From Prochloraceae cyanobacterium (GTDB lineage Bacteria; Cyanobacteriota; Cyanobacteriia; Cyanobacteriales; JASJDA01), in NCBI GenBank assembly GCA_030065265.1, contig JASJCW010000006.1, positions 1,820 through 65,819 on the forward strand: a stretch of 64,000 nucleotides of DNA. Direction: 5' to 3'. Position numbers and translations under genes: made by a program. The first letter of the stretch is position 1, and every line of letters begins with the position of its first letter. The notes beneath the pieces are model-generated. The model worked only from the letters and a program-made list of their open reading frames with translations. It was not told the DNA's origin and searched no databases. Positions 45,214-54,081 of this stretch are shown here, piece by piece.

Positions 45214-45273
45214 TAACAAAGTGGCTGATGTTTGTCAGCCACGGGAAAACATTAACTTTTAGATTCAAAATAC

Positions 45274-45531
45274 ATGTCTGAATTATATCTCGCTTTAGAG
45301 CAGCAATCCCGCGCGGCTGCAGATCGCGAATTGACTGAAGAGTATCTAAGCTCAGTTGAATATCAAGCTCGACAGGACGCGCAATTAGGGGAACCCAACA
45401 AAGAGTTATTCTTAGATCCTGAATATTGGCAATATTACTGTGAAGGTCTCAAGCACAAGTATTGCAGGGAATTCGAGAAATATCCTCAAATTAAAGCTTA
45501 CACTGTTGAAGACGAAGACTTGCTCTTTTAA
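45274..45531 (+). CDS. hypothetical protein (85 aa)
   Basis: ORF from the track. Confidence 0.5.
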   Translation: MSELYLALEQQSRAAADRELTEEYLSSVEYQARQDAQLGEPNKELFLDPEYWQYYCEGLKHKYCREFEKYPQIKAYTVEDEDLLF

Positions 45532-45534
45532 TTG

Positions 45535-45560
45535 AATCGGTGTTCCTAGGAACACCGTTT
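45535..45560. repeat. Dispersed 26-bp palindrome, copy 6 of 8 (aatcggtgttcctaggaacaccgttt)
   Basis: 3 nt after the stop of 45274..45531. One arm mismatch at the outer end. Confidence 0.85.
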
Positions 45561-45592
45561 AAAAATGCCAACTTAAATTCGCGATAGATATT

Positions 45593-45630
45593 TCTACCAA
45601 TACAATTATTATATTGGTAGATTTTTTTTT
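45593..45630 (+). terminator. rho-independent terminator
   Basis: tctaccaata-caattatta-tattggtaga followed by T9. Confidence 0.75.
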
Positions 45631-45652
45631 GCCGTGACGATCGATGTTCTTA

Positions 45653-45735
45653 TTTATAATTAGGGAACCCTTCTATAGTATTTAAGTTATTGTTTAGCAG
45701 GATAAGTTATCGGGAAAGGGTTCCCTAATTATAAA
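45653..45735. promoter_or_regulatory. 20-bp perfect inverted repeat pair bracketing 43 bp, just upstream of the head-morphogenesis gene
   Basis: tttataattagggaaccctt (45653..45672) and aagggttccctaattataaa (45716..45735). The intervening sequence contains taagttat twice. Confidence 0.55.
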
Positions 45736-45747
45736 TAAAAGATTTGT

Positions 45748-46350
45748 ATGACATACAGATACAACACGCTAACAGGGGAATATACAGACGATCGAGGCAA
45801 TAAAGTCAGCACTCAAAGGATAAGTGCAATAATCGAATCTGAAAGAAGATTTTTAGAGCGAAAAATAAAAAGCCAGACCGAGCAACTGATAAAAAACGAT
45901 GCTACAGTTTTTGAATGGGAACGAAGCATACAGGCTCAATTAAAACAATCTCACCTCAAATTAGCTGCTTTAGGTGCTGGAGGTAAAAACGGAATTACAC
46001 CGAGGCATAGAGGACAATTAGGAGCAGCACTGAGACAAGAATACAATCTCTTATTCGACTTTAGAAAAGATATACAAGCAGGAAAATTGAGCGAGAAACA
46101 AATTCTCAATAGAGCTAGATTCTATTCGCGATCGGTCTCTCAATCTTATTATCGCTCGCAGCAATTATCCCGCGCTATGGGCGGGGCAACTCTAGCTAAA
46201 AGGGAGTTGGACCCGACAGCAAAGCACTGCCCTGAATGCCCAAAATATGTCACGAATGGTTTCGTACCGATCGAGCAAGTTGTACCCACAGGAACTAGAT
46301 GCAGTTGCCGAGGTAACTGTAAATGTAGAGTTATTTATCGACTAGCTTGA
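45748..46350 (+). CDS. head morphogenesis protein (Mu F / SPP1 gp7-like minor capsid protein)
   Basis: C-terminal signature AKHCPECPKYVTNGFVPIEQVVPTGTRCSCRGNCKCRVIY, and RARFYSRSVSQSYYRSQ. Confidence 0.7.
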   Translation: MTYRYNTLTGEYTDDRGNKVSTQRISAIIESERRFLERKIKSQTEQLIKNDATVFEWERSIQAQLKQSHLKLAALGAGGKNGITPRHRGQLGAALRQEYNLLFDFRKDIQAGKLSEKQILNRARFYSRSVSQSYYRSQQLSRAMGGATLAKRELDPTAKHCPECPKYVTNGFVPIEQVVPTGTRCSCRGNCKCRVIYRLA

Positions 46351-46388
46351 TGTTAAAATCTAAGCGTTGAATAAATAAATTTAATATC

Positions 46389-46847
46389 ATGCCTATCCTA
46401 TTTGACTTAAGTGACTATCAACGAATCCAGCAATATTTAGAATTACCTCCACAGTCTTTATATAGGCTAGGTAATGGGCAATACTCAAATTATCAACTAT
46501 ACAATTGCAGAAATGCGATTGACTTGAAATATTATGGGGAACAGCTAGAGAACTTAGATGTCAGCTTGAGAATAGAAGACGACTTCGATCGCTCCTACGT
46601 TCAAAAAGTGAAAAATATTTTAGCTGAGATAGATGTACTAGATCCTGATATAAAAACATCTCAATTAAATATAGCTTCAACTTTTGAAGAATTGGAAGTA
46701 AAAGAGGAATATCGGTGGCAACGTCCCGACAATAAAACTGCGTGGGATGGAGCGCTAGTAGCAAGGGAAGATTTGATAAAAAAATTATCAAATGCTCTGG
46801 GAATCAATAGAAGAGTTTATAATGGTTGTCTAGCGAGAAGTTTTTAA
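46389..46847 (+). CDS. hypothetical protein (152 aa)
   Basis: ORF from the track, in the head-gene block. Confidence 0.55.
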   Translation: MPILFDLSDYQRIQQYLELPPQSLYRLGNGQYSNYQLYNCRNAIDLKYYGEQLENLDVSLRIEDDFDRSYVQKVKNILAEIDVLDPDIKTSQLNIASTFEELEVKEEYRWQRPDNKTAWDGALVAREDLIKKLSNALGINRRVYNGCLARSF

Positions 46848-46859
46848 TCCGTAGAATCT

Positions 46860-47870
46860 ATGGCTATGGCTCAACAAGATAATGCACCAGAAAGTACTAG
46901 TGCAGCAAAAATAGACTTAACTACCATTACTCCACAGCAGCTTGAAGCTTTGACTAAAAACATGGCTGATAACAAAAGTTCAAGCCCTACACAAAAAGAA
47001 GAGAAACAAGCTCAACAAGTTCAGAACCCTGAAACTGTATTAGATCTCTACACATCCTATAAAAACGAAAATACTAGCTTAAAAAGCAAAATCAAAGAAT
47101 TAGAGCAACAAATACAATCAACAAATAACAATGGCAATAATGGCAATAATTTAGACTTAGAAAAATTAACTAACTTGCTAACTCAAGACCAAAGCCAACA
47201 AAGGGAAACACTAGAACAGCAAATACAGCAATTACAGAAACAAAAGACTAGCTTAAAACTTGAAGATCACGCCAGAAAACAGGAATGGGACAAAATAACT
47301 GAAATCCACTTAAACCAACAGAAAGAAGATTATAACAAGCAAATAGAGTCTTTAAGCTCTCAATTAGAGCAATTTAAACAGCAAAATCAATCTCTTAACA
47401 CTCAACTTTCTAGTAGCTTAGAGGAAATCGATCGCAACAATAGAAAGCAAGCAGCACTCAGTAAGTTTATTGCCGAAGGTGGGGATCCTTCCCACTTCGA
47501 GTATCTTTGGCGCGTGGATCTAGAACCTTACACTAAATTCGACGAGAAAGGGCAATTAAAGCTTTTTAACCCTGTAACTAAAACTTTTGTAACTGACGAA
47601 TCAGGTAAAAATTATTTAGGCGTCGAAAATAAAATACAGGAATTCAAACAAGGCTCTCAAGCGCTCTTTTTCTCGCCAATATATAGAAGTTCTGGGATAG
47701 GAACTAACAATCAAGGCTTTAATACTCAAAGCACGGATTTTACTAACTTTAAAGTTAGTAAGCGAATCTGGACTGATACAAATTATTTCAATCAAGTAAA
47801 GCAACAGATAAAAATGGATCCTCTAGAAGCAATACAAAAAGGCTTGATTCAAGTTGACACTCAAAGCTAA
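46860..47870 (+). CDS. putative scaffolding protein
   Basis: 336 aa, Q/N/E/K-rich and coiled-coil-like. Directly precedes the major capsid gene. Confidence 0.55.
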   Translation: MAMAQQDNAPESTSAAKIDLTTITPQQLEALTKNMADNKSSSPTQKEEKQAQQVQNPETVLDLYTSYKNENTSLKSKIKELEQQIQSTNNNGNNGNNLDLEKLTNLLTQDQSQQRETLEQQIQQLQKQKTSLKLEDHARKQEWDKITEIHLNQQKEDYNKQIESLSSQLEQFKQQNQSLNTQLSSSLEEIDRNNRKQAALSKFIAEGGDPSHFEYLWRVDLEPYTKFDEKGQLKLFNPVTKTFVTDESGKNYLGVENKIQEFKQGSQALFFSPIYRSSGIGTNNQGFNTQSTDFTNFKVSKRIWTDTNYFNQVKQQIKMDPLEAIQKGLIQVDTQS

Positions 47871-47891
47871 TTGTAATAGCATGATTTTATT

Positions 47892-48073
47892 GGGGGCGCA
47901 ATGCCGACCATCCGCAAGGTAAAGAAGAACCAACAGGATCCTAAATTGCCTGGCTCCAGCAGCAAAATAGATTTAGGTGGGGGCGCAATGCCGACCATAA
48001 GAAGACCCAACAGATTCTGAGATCGTCTGGCTCCAGCAGCAAAAAAGACTCAGTGGGGGCGCAATGCCGACCA
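47892..48073 (+). repeat. three tandem units, each headed by the box GGGGGCGCAATGCCGACCA
   Basis: Boxes at 47892..47910, 47979..47997 and 48055..48073. Units 1 and 2 also share ctggctccagcagcaaaa, held in the loop of hairpins with different stems (cctaaat/atttagg versus ctgag-a-tc/gactcag). Confidence 0.75.
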
Positions 48074-48197
48074 GAAGAAGATATATCAGGGCATAGAGTC
48101 CCGCGGTGCAAGATCGAAATACTCGTCACAGAGCAACTTAGACCAACAAAAGTCGTGCTCATATTTTCGTATCTCTTCACTAGATTAAACAATCATC

Positions 48198-49376
48198 ATG
48201 GTAGTCAACGTAATACAGGACATTGTACCCAGTATTAGAGCTACTGGCGCTGCTGTACTGAGAGCTTATAATCTCTTCCCTAATTTGATAAATAGTAGTT
48301 ATTCTGTGGATGCCAGACAGCCAGGATCTGCGGTTGAAGTTTCTATACCTCCGACAATAACGACTAGAAAAGTAGTTCCAGGCAATATCCACCCAGCAAG
48401 CACGCCTTTTACTGTTGGCTCGGTTCCGATAGTATTAGACTTTTTTGAAGAATCTGAATTCGGGTTGCCTGAAGACGAACTCGGAAAAATACAGAATAGA
48501 GAGGTATCCTCGTTTACTCAATCAGCAGCAGTATCGATCGTTCAGGCTGCAAATACTTATACCATCAATAAGATGTATAAGCGATCGTACAATGTTATTG
48601 GGGATGTAGCTACAACGCCTTTTGAAAACGGTACTACTTCTTACGCGAATAGAGCCAGAAGAGTATTAGATGAGAATCTAGCTCCGAATAACGATCGCTA
48701 TCTGGTGCTAGATCTATTTGCTGACGAGAAAGCGTCGAGTTTAGATTTATTCCTGAGAGTCAATGAATCTGGGACTGACCTAACTTTAAGAACTGGTGAA
48801 ATAGGAACTAAGCTTGGATTTAGTTGGTGGCGGACTCAATTAATGCCCCGTCACGAATCAGCTCCAGGACTTGACGGTGCTTATCAAATTGATTCTACTA
48901 CCCACGCGATTGACGACACTCAAGTGACTATTTCTCAAGTGGGAGGCGCGCCTAACGTTGATTTTGTTGAAGGTGACATATTTACTGTCGCTGGGGATGC
49001 CCAAACATACGTGGTAACTAAAACTGAAGTAGGTGTAAATAGCGGCGATCTTACTTTGCAATACTTGCCAAAAGCTAAAACTGCTTTCGCTGACGACGCG
49101 ATTATAAGTGTAATTCCTACTCACACTGTTAGTTTAGCTTTCCACAGAAACAGCACTGGTTTTGCTAATAGATTGTTATTTGTTGATGAATTTCAACATC
49201 AAATGCCTGGAAAGATCATCGAGCCAGTTAGAGATCCTGAAAGTGGATTGACCATGACTTACCTTGCTAGCCCGCAGTACTACCAAACAAGCCACGCTTA
49301 CAGTATCCTTTGCGGAGCAGCTGTGATCCGCCCAGAGCATATAGTTAGAATAATAGGCAATCCCAACCCTGCTTAG
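48198..49376 (+). CDS. major capsid protein (P22 coat-like, HK97 fold with insertion domain)
   Basis: 392 aa, after the scaffold gene. The N-terminal pattern (..LRAYNLFPNLINSSYSVDARQPGSAVEVSIPP..) resembles P22-coat-family proteins as I recall them. No search was run. Confidence 0.65.
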   Translation: MVVNVIQDIVPSIRATGAAVLRAYNLFPNLINSSYSVDARQPGSAVEVSIPPTITTRKVVPGNIHPASTPFTVGSVPIVLDFFEESEFGLPEDELGKIQNREVSSFTQSAAVSIVQAANTYTINKMYKRSYNVIGDVATTPFENGTTSYANRARRVLDENLAPNNDRYLVLDLFADEKASSLDLFLRVNESGTDLTLRTGEIGTKLGFSWWRTQLMPRHESAPGLDGAYQIDSTTHAIDDTQVTISQVGGAPNVDFVEGDIFTVAGDAQTYVVTKTEVGVNSGDLTLQYLPKAKTAFADDAIISVIPTHTVSLAFHRNSTGFANRLLFVDEFQHQMPGKIIEPVRDPESGLTMTYLASPQYYQTSHAYSILCGAAVIRPEHIVRIIGNPNPA

Positions 49377-49380
49377 AATT

Positions 49381-49611
49381 ATGAAAAAATACAAGCTTGA
49401 TACAGTTGTTTGTTATCCTGCTGAGGATCGAGATCTGCCAGAAGACGAGAAAACGAGATGTGTAATTAATAAGGAGCAGTACGAACAAGAAAAAGAAAAT
49501 TGGATAAGAATAGAAATCCCAGAAGAAGAGAAACAGACAAAAACTAGGAGACGATCGTCTAGAAAAGAAACTAAAACTCAAGACAAAGAAACGAAAGAAA
49601 CGCAATCATGA
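49381..49611 (+). CDS. small charged protein (76 aa)
   Basis: ORF from the track. K/E/R-rich. Confidence 0.45.
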   Translation: MKKYKLDTVVCYPAEDRDLPEDEKTRCVINKEQYEQEKENWIRIEIPEEEKQTKTRRRSSRKETKTQDKETKETQS

Positions 49612-49961
49612 CGACTTTCCAAGAAGTATTGCTAAACAGATTAGACACAGTAAATCAATCAGTAATTGATGTTTCGGCTGCGATCGGAAGTGGTGGAGGT
49701 GGGACTCAAACAATAAATGCGAGTATCAACCTCCTCTTTTTCTCTGGTCAAATTAATGTAACTGTACCTCCATCTATTTCAGCTTCAATTGTTGTGACTA
49801 GAGGAAACGGCACTTTAACAGCACCTTTCAACCTTCCTTTAGTTAGAAATTTCAATCTAGATTTACCATTTAGATCGTTTAATTATTTATATCCACAAAT
49901 TGAATTTACTTTAAATACTGGCAACAGTGAAGCTTATGTTTTTTACGAGTTAACTCCTTGA
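49608..49961 (+). CDS. hypothetical protein (117 aa)
   Basis: ORF from the track. 4-nt overlap with the upstream gene. Confidence 0.5.
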   Translation: MTTFQEVLLNRLDTVNQSVIDVSAAIGSGGGGTQTINASINLLFFSGQINVTVPPSISASIVVTRGNGTLTAPFNLPLVRNFNLDLPFRSFNYLYPQIEFTLNTGNSEAYVFYELTP

Positions 49962-49970
49962 TAGTTAGGG

Positions 49971-50441
49971 ATGCTTTATCAGCCACAAAAAGGGTATTTA
50001 ATTGATGACGGGGAACCAATATATTTAGCTACAACTGGGAAAAAGTTATTTAAATTATCATCTTGGTGGCAATATCAAGATAGTTTAGGTAATAATTGGG
50101 TAGTTCCTAAGTCTTTTATTTCCGATCTAGCTAGCGTACCATCAATTATATTTTGGTGGCAATTTGGCAACTATAATGTAGCTGCGGTGGCTCACGATTG
50201 GATCTATATTTTCGGTTATTTAATATTAGTTGAAAATGGGGAACTTAAAAAAATAGACTATACAAAAAAAGAAGCCGATCGTATATTTGCCGATATCAAC
50301 TTCACTTTAGGCGTTAGTCCGATCGTCAATACTGCAATGTATCTAGCAGTTAGAATTTTCGGGCGTGGCATATGGACTGCTAAGGATAAGCCAGAATATG
50401 GCAAGACGATCGAGCAACTACAGTTAGAATTTTTAAGCTAA
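49971..50441 (+). CDS. DUF1353-like protein
   Basis: WVVPKSFISDLASVPSIIFWW...YNVAAVAHDWIY...EADRIF matches my memory of the DUF1353 pattern (VP.GF.TD.aS.P ... HDwlY ... aD). Confidence 0.55.
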   Translation: MLYQPQKGYLIDDGEPIYLATTGKKLFKLSSWWQYQDSLGNNWVVPKSFISDLASVPSIIFWWQFGNYNVAAVAHDWIYIFGYLILVENGELKKIDYTKKEADRIFADINFTLGVSPIVNTAMYLAVRIFGRGIWTAKDKPEYGKTIEQLQLEFLS

Positions 50442-51269
50442 TATCCTGTAACCGCCTTGCCAACGTTTCTTGAACTCTTCCCGCTTAATTCTGCTGTAAG
50501 CTCCATTAGTGTTGGTGTAGTTACTAGAGAGAGTGCCATAAGGATCGTGAGCGATAAAGTTACCCATTTTACGAGCTATTAAAAGTATTACATGACCGCC
50601 TCTAGGTCTGTTGATAGTTCCTCTATGTAATATATTCGCTACCACTGGGAATCCAACATCTAGTAAATCTTCCACGAATTCTAGATCTATATCGGTCATC
50701 CATTTTGTTTTGAACCCCCATTCCTTGATTGCTGACGATTGAACGCCATGATATATCGTGTCCCCATCCTCAAACACTTCCCTTATATATTCGTCATCGC
50801 TTTTAAGTTGAGTTCTACCTGTTACCCTTAAAAGCCAGTCCAGGTACATCGCATTTGACGAACTATTGCAAGTTCTGTGAGCGTCCCTATAGTTGTCTCT
50901 CTGGCTGAAATAGCGAGTAGGAGTTTTGAGATCTAATGCCAAACCATCTTTTAAATACTTTTTAAGGCGTTCGATCTGCCTCCCTACTGCTGGATTGTCA
51001 AAAGTAGGTATCTCAGTATTGGCGATCGGATCGTCAGTTTCTATTAATCCCCAATGTGGCGCGAAAACATAACCAGAATCAAAAGGGCAATTTTCAATCT
51101 TCTCTTCTAAAGTAATCTTGTAATGGCTTTTGTCTAAATCGCCTAACTCTGTAAGTTCTAATATTTTATCTCTTCTTACTGCGAATTTTTCATCTTCTGT
51201 TAACTGTGTACTGTCAGCTAATTTCGCTTTAAAGTAAGTATGGCAGGTTGATTGTATAGCAGATGACAT
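50433..51269 (-). CDS. C39-like cysteine peptidase domain protein (possible cell-wall hydrolase or endolysin)
   Basis: FSQRDNYRDAHRTCNSSSNAMYL (Cys nucleophile context). GFPVVANILHRG...GGHVILLIA...IAHDPYG (His/Asp context). Confidence 0.45.
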   Translation of the reverse strand: MSSAIQSTCHTYFKAKLADSTQLTEDEKFAVRRDKILELTELGDLDKSHYKITLEEKIENCPFDSGYVFAPHWGLIETDDPIANTEIPTFDNPAVGRQIERLKKYLKDGLALDLKTPTRYFSQRDNYRDAHRTCNSSSNAMYLDWLLRVTGRTQLKSDDEYIREVFEDGDTIYHGVQSSAIKEWGFKTKWMTDIDLEFVEDLLDVGFPVVANILHRGTINRPRGGHVILLIARKMGNFIAHDPYGTLSSNYTNTNGAYSRIKREEFKKRWQGGYRILA

Positions 51270-51469
51270 ATTATTAAACTCGTCTAGTTCATTATTATTT
51301 TACATCAACCGCATAAATACTTAATTTAATTCAACAAATAAAAGCAAATAAGCGATCGTACTGTTTAAATAGTGCAATTGCTCTTGCTATAACTGATTTA
51401 TTACTTGAACTCCTAATAGGTTTTTTATTTATTCGTTTTTGTTATTTTTGGCTTAAATCGCAATGAGAC

Positions 51470-51781
51470 CTAACTCATTCCTTTATAAATAGGGGATGAG
51501 TTTTTCTGTTTTGATTCTATCTGTTCGATCGTGTTGCAATATTCGATAACTGGCTTGAAATACTCTCTTACAATAGCTTTGTCTTTATCGCCAGCGACAG
51601 CTATATAATTCTCTCTCTCTCCGTCCTCATCTGTAGTTTCTTTAGTAAGATAAATTATATAGCGAGTATTCCCGCGTTTTATAGAATCCTCTGTATTGCC
51701 AAAATCCACATAGAGTATTTCCTTAACATTTAATAACATCTGTAGTTCAACTAAATAGATCCAATCTTCAATGTTTTTCAT
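51470..51781 (-). CDS. hypothetical protein (103 aa)
   Basis: ORF from the track. Its N-terminus (EDWIYL) parallels the neighbour 51822..52085 (NNWFYL). Confidence 0.5.
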   Translation of the reverse strand: MKNIEDWIYLVELQMLLNVKEILYVDFGNTEDSIKRGNTRYIIYLTKETTDEDGERENYIAVAGDKDKAIVREYFKPVIEYCNTIEQIESKQKNSSPIYKGMS

Positions 51782-51821
51782 GTTTTTAAATGCTCCTTAT
51801 AGGAGCATTGATTCTTAAAAT

Positions 51822-52085
51822 TTATGCTGCTGTAGTTTCAAGATATTGTAATTGAGTTTCTCTCAATCCATAAATTAAAGATTCTAGTTTCTCTTCATCT
51901 TCAATTGAAATTATCTCTAACTCCTTGCCGTTTTTCATTGAGATTACATATATAGGTCTCAAAATTTCTTCTTTTTTAGATTTAGACTTACATTTTAATT
52001 GCTTAATGTAAAAGTGACTTATACAATCTGTATTCAGAGTAATTCCCGAATCTTCGAGATAGAACCAATTATTTTGTTTGCTCAT
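51822..52085 (-). CDS. hypothetical protein (87 aa)
   Basis: ORF from the track. Possible paralogue of 51470..51781. Confidence 0.5.
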   Translation of the reverse strand: MSKQNNWFYLEDSGITLNTDCISHFYIKQLKCKSKSKKEEILRPIYVISMKNGKELEIISIEDEEKLESLIYGLRETQLQYLETTAA

Positions 52086-52136
52086 TACTTTATCTCGTCT
52101 AGTGTAATAACTGTGGGGAATATCCCCACAGTTATA

Positions 52137-53696
52137 TTAGGCTACCTTATTACTTTCCTCAACCTTCTTTAACTTTTTGCAAAGGCGATCGATTTGTTCT
52201 TTCTCTCCTGGTGGCAAGTCGTTATAAACCCATTTCATCGTTTCTACACAAGAGTTAGGATCCTTTTTCAAAGCTTCTAACTCTTGTTTAGAATTACAAT
52301 CGAGCATGGCCCACCTGTAAAATATGCCCATCTCTTCAGTAGAGCGATCGTATCTGGTAAAGTCTTTATGCAGCCAGAAGCAATATTTTTCTGGCAGATC
52401 GCAAAACTTAAAATTAGTTGCTCTCCTTTGGAATACTTCCCCAGTATCTAAGTTTCGGCAGTTGATAAACCCTTGCTGTATCCTATCCTCTAATATTTGA
52501 TAATACTTTAAGCCATCATCTCTCAAGCTTTCAGAAGAGACAACCGCATACATCAAATTATCTAACCCTACTTCCAATACGCTTTTACCAAAGCAATCTT
52601 GAAATCTTATTAACTCTTTTTCCCTGGCTTCACTATTCCTGGGAGTGTCTAAAATTTCTGCTGTATCCTCATCTGTTTTCTCAGATTGAGCGTGCAGCAT
52701 TTTATCTAACTGCACTTCGAGGACATTTTTGCCAAAAGAATTAGCTATAAATTTTAATTCTTTTCCCTCGTCAGTAGGATCGGGATCTGGTACAGTTGTT
52801 TCAATCTCGCACCAACGATCGCAACATTGCCCGTGCCAGAATTCTTGAGGCGTTTTCTCAACTTTAGAGGTAAATTGAGAAGGGAGATCGGAACTAAAGT
52901 TAAACTGAGTCAGCCATCCTATCAAATCGTCGTCTAAACCTTTAATCTTAAGTTCGTACTTAAAATTAGTTCTTTGAGCTTTTCTCAAGACGATCGCAAT
53001 ATTCTCTAACTCTAAATTCAGCAACTTACTCTCTAACCACTTCAGACGTGCTTTGTTATTTGCACCAACATATGTGGCTTGATTTACACCTCTCCTGACG
53101 TTGAAATAGTTATAAACAGCACTGTTGCTTGTCGGCTGCCAAGTGTAGAAATCGTTTGACTTGTTTTCTTTCTCAGGACGATCGATTAGTGTTTCTTCAA
53201 CTTTATACCCACCCAAACGCGCTATATCTTCTTCAAACCTAGCTACCTGTTCAGCAGTTCTGGTAATTGGCTTTTGAGTTTTAACTGCTTCCATCCTGCT
53301 TTTAAACTCTTCTTCAGTCTCTTGCTTGTAAACTGGTCTTTGTAAAATTTCATTACGAGGAAAATTTTTATTTTTAGTGAAGGAACCTTCATTAGCAGTT
53401 AAGTTATTGACGCCAGTAGATAAGTTATCGTTAAAGGTTCCTTCACTAAAAATAATATTTGCGTTGCCAGTGCCAAATAAAGCTAAACCTTTTAAACCTT
53501 CTCTCAAGTACTCGATCGCTTTCCCGTCCCCTGCTATCTTCTCTACTGTTGCCCGTACTTTCTCGATCGTGCTATCTAATAATCTCTGTTTCTGCTGTAT
53601 CTGCTTTTTGGCTGCTTTCGCGATCGCTATCTCGTTAGCTAAGCTGTCGATTGTTTCTTCTAGTTGATTTAGTTCGGCTGTAAATGCTATATTCAT
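52137..53696 (-). CDS. hypothetical protein (519 aa) with an internal duplicated segment
   Basis: FIANSFGKNVLEVQLDKMLHA and FQDCFGKSVLEVGLDNLMYA are repeated. N-terminal coiled coil. Confidence 0.6.
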   Translation of the reverse strand: MNIAFTAELNQLEETIDSLANEIAIAKAAKKQIQQKQRLLDSTIEKVRATVEKIAGDGKAIEYLREGLKGLALFGTGNANIIFSEGTFNDNLSTGVNNLTANEGSFTKNKNFPRNEILQRPVYKQETEEEFKSRMEAVKTQKPITRTAEQVARFEEDIARLGGYKVEETLIDRPEKENKSNDFYTWQPTSNSAVYNYFNVRRGVNQATYVGANNKARLKWLESKLLNLELENIAIVLRKAQRTNFKYELKIKGLDDDLIGWLTQFNFSSDLPSQFTSKVEKTPQEFWHGQCCDRWCEIETTVPDPDPTDEGKELKFIANSFGKNVLEVQLDKMLHAQSEKTDEDTAEILDTPRNSEAREKELIRFQDCFGKSVLEVGLDNLMYAVVSSESLRDDGLKYYQILEDRIQQGFINCRNLDTGEVFQRRATNFKFCDLPEKYCFWLHKDFTRYDRSTEEMGIFYRWAMLDCNSKQELEALKKDPNSCVETMKWVYNDLPPGEKEQIDRLCKKLKKVEESNKVA

Positions 53697-53750
53697 TGGT
53701 AATTCTTTTATACGTCAGAGAGGCTGCAACCTCTTCTTTTATTTATTCTA

Positions 53751-53769
53751 TTACATTGGGAGAATGTAA
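53751..53769. promoter_or_regulatory. operator-like palindrome TTACATT-N5-AATGTAA (copy 1)
   Basis: ttacattgggagaatgtaa, 56 nt upstream of 53825. Confidence 0.5.
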
Positions 53770-53824
53770 GTCAAGTGTCAGAATATATAATTAAGTAAAA
53801 GACAATTGATTATTTGTAAAATTC

Positions 53825-54046
53825 ATGCCGCTATCGTCACAACAAAGATGGAACCGCGAAAACCGAGAGAAGCTCAAAGAAGCTAGTAAAAAATTCCGAT
53901 CCAATAATAAGCAGTTTGCTTTTACGCTCAATGTAAAAGACGACAAAGATCTTATAGAATGGCTTGAAGACAGAGTAGTAAAGAAAAACAAGTCACTGCA
54001 AGACATACTCCACAACATAGTCGAAAACGCTTACCTTAAAGACTAA
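53825..54046 (+). CDS. small regulator-like protein (73 aa)
   Basis: ORF from the track. Basic N-terminus and helical C-terminus. Flanked by both TTACATT-N5-AATGTAA palindromes. Confidence 0.5.
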   Translation: MPLSSQQRWNRENREKLKEASKKFRSNNKQFAFTLNVKDDKDLIEWLEDRVVKKNKSLQDILHNIVENAYLKD

Positions 54047-54061
54047 TTTTTTTTGTCTCAT

Positions 54062-54080
54062 TTACATTACAATAATGTAA
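54062..54080. promoter_or_regulatory. operator-like palindrome TTACATT-N5-AATGTAA (copy 2)
   Basis: ttacattacaataatgtaa, ending 1 nt before the ATG of 54082..54897. Confidence 0.5.
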
Positions 54081-54081
54081 G

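Noticed and set aside
47892-48073. Possible mini CRISPR array (three repeats with roughly 60-70-bp spacing).
   Set aside because: There are only three 19-bp boxes. The 'spacers' share conserved sequence with one another. The spacing is irregular, and no cas genes or leader are present.
47941-48238. ORFs 47941..48192 (-) and 48053..48238 (+) between the scaffold and capsid genes.
   Set aside because: They cover the triplicated GC-rich repeat region. Their sequences are repeat-driven and overlap each other. A non-coding function fits better.
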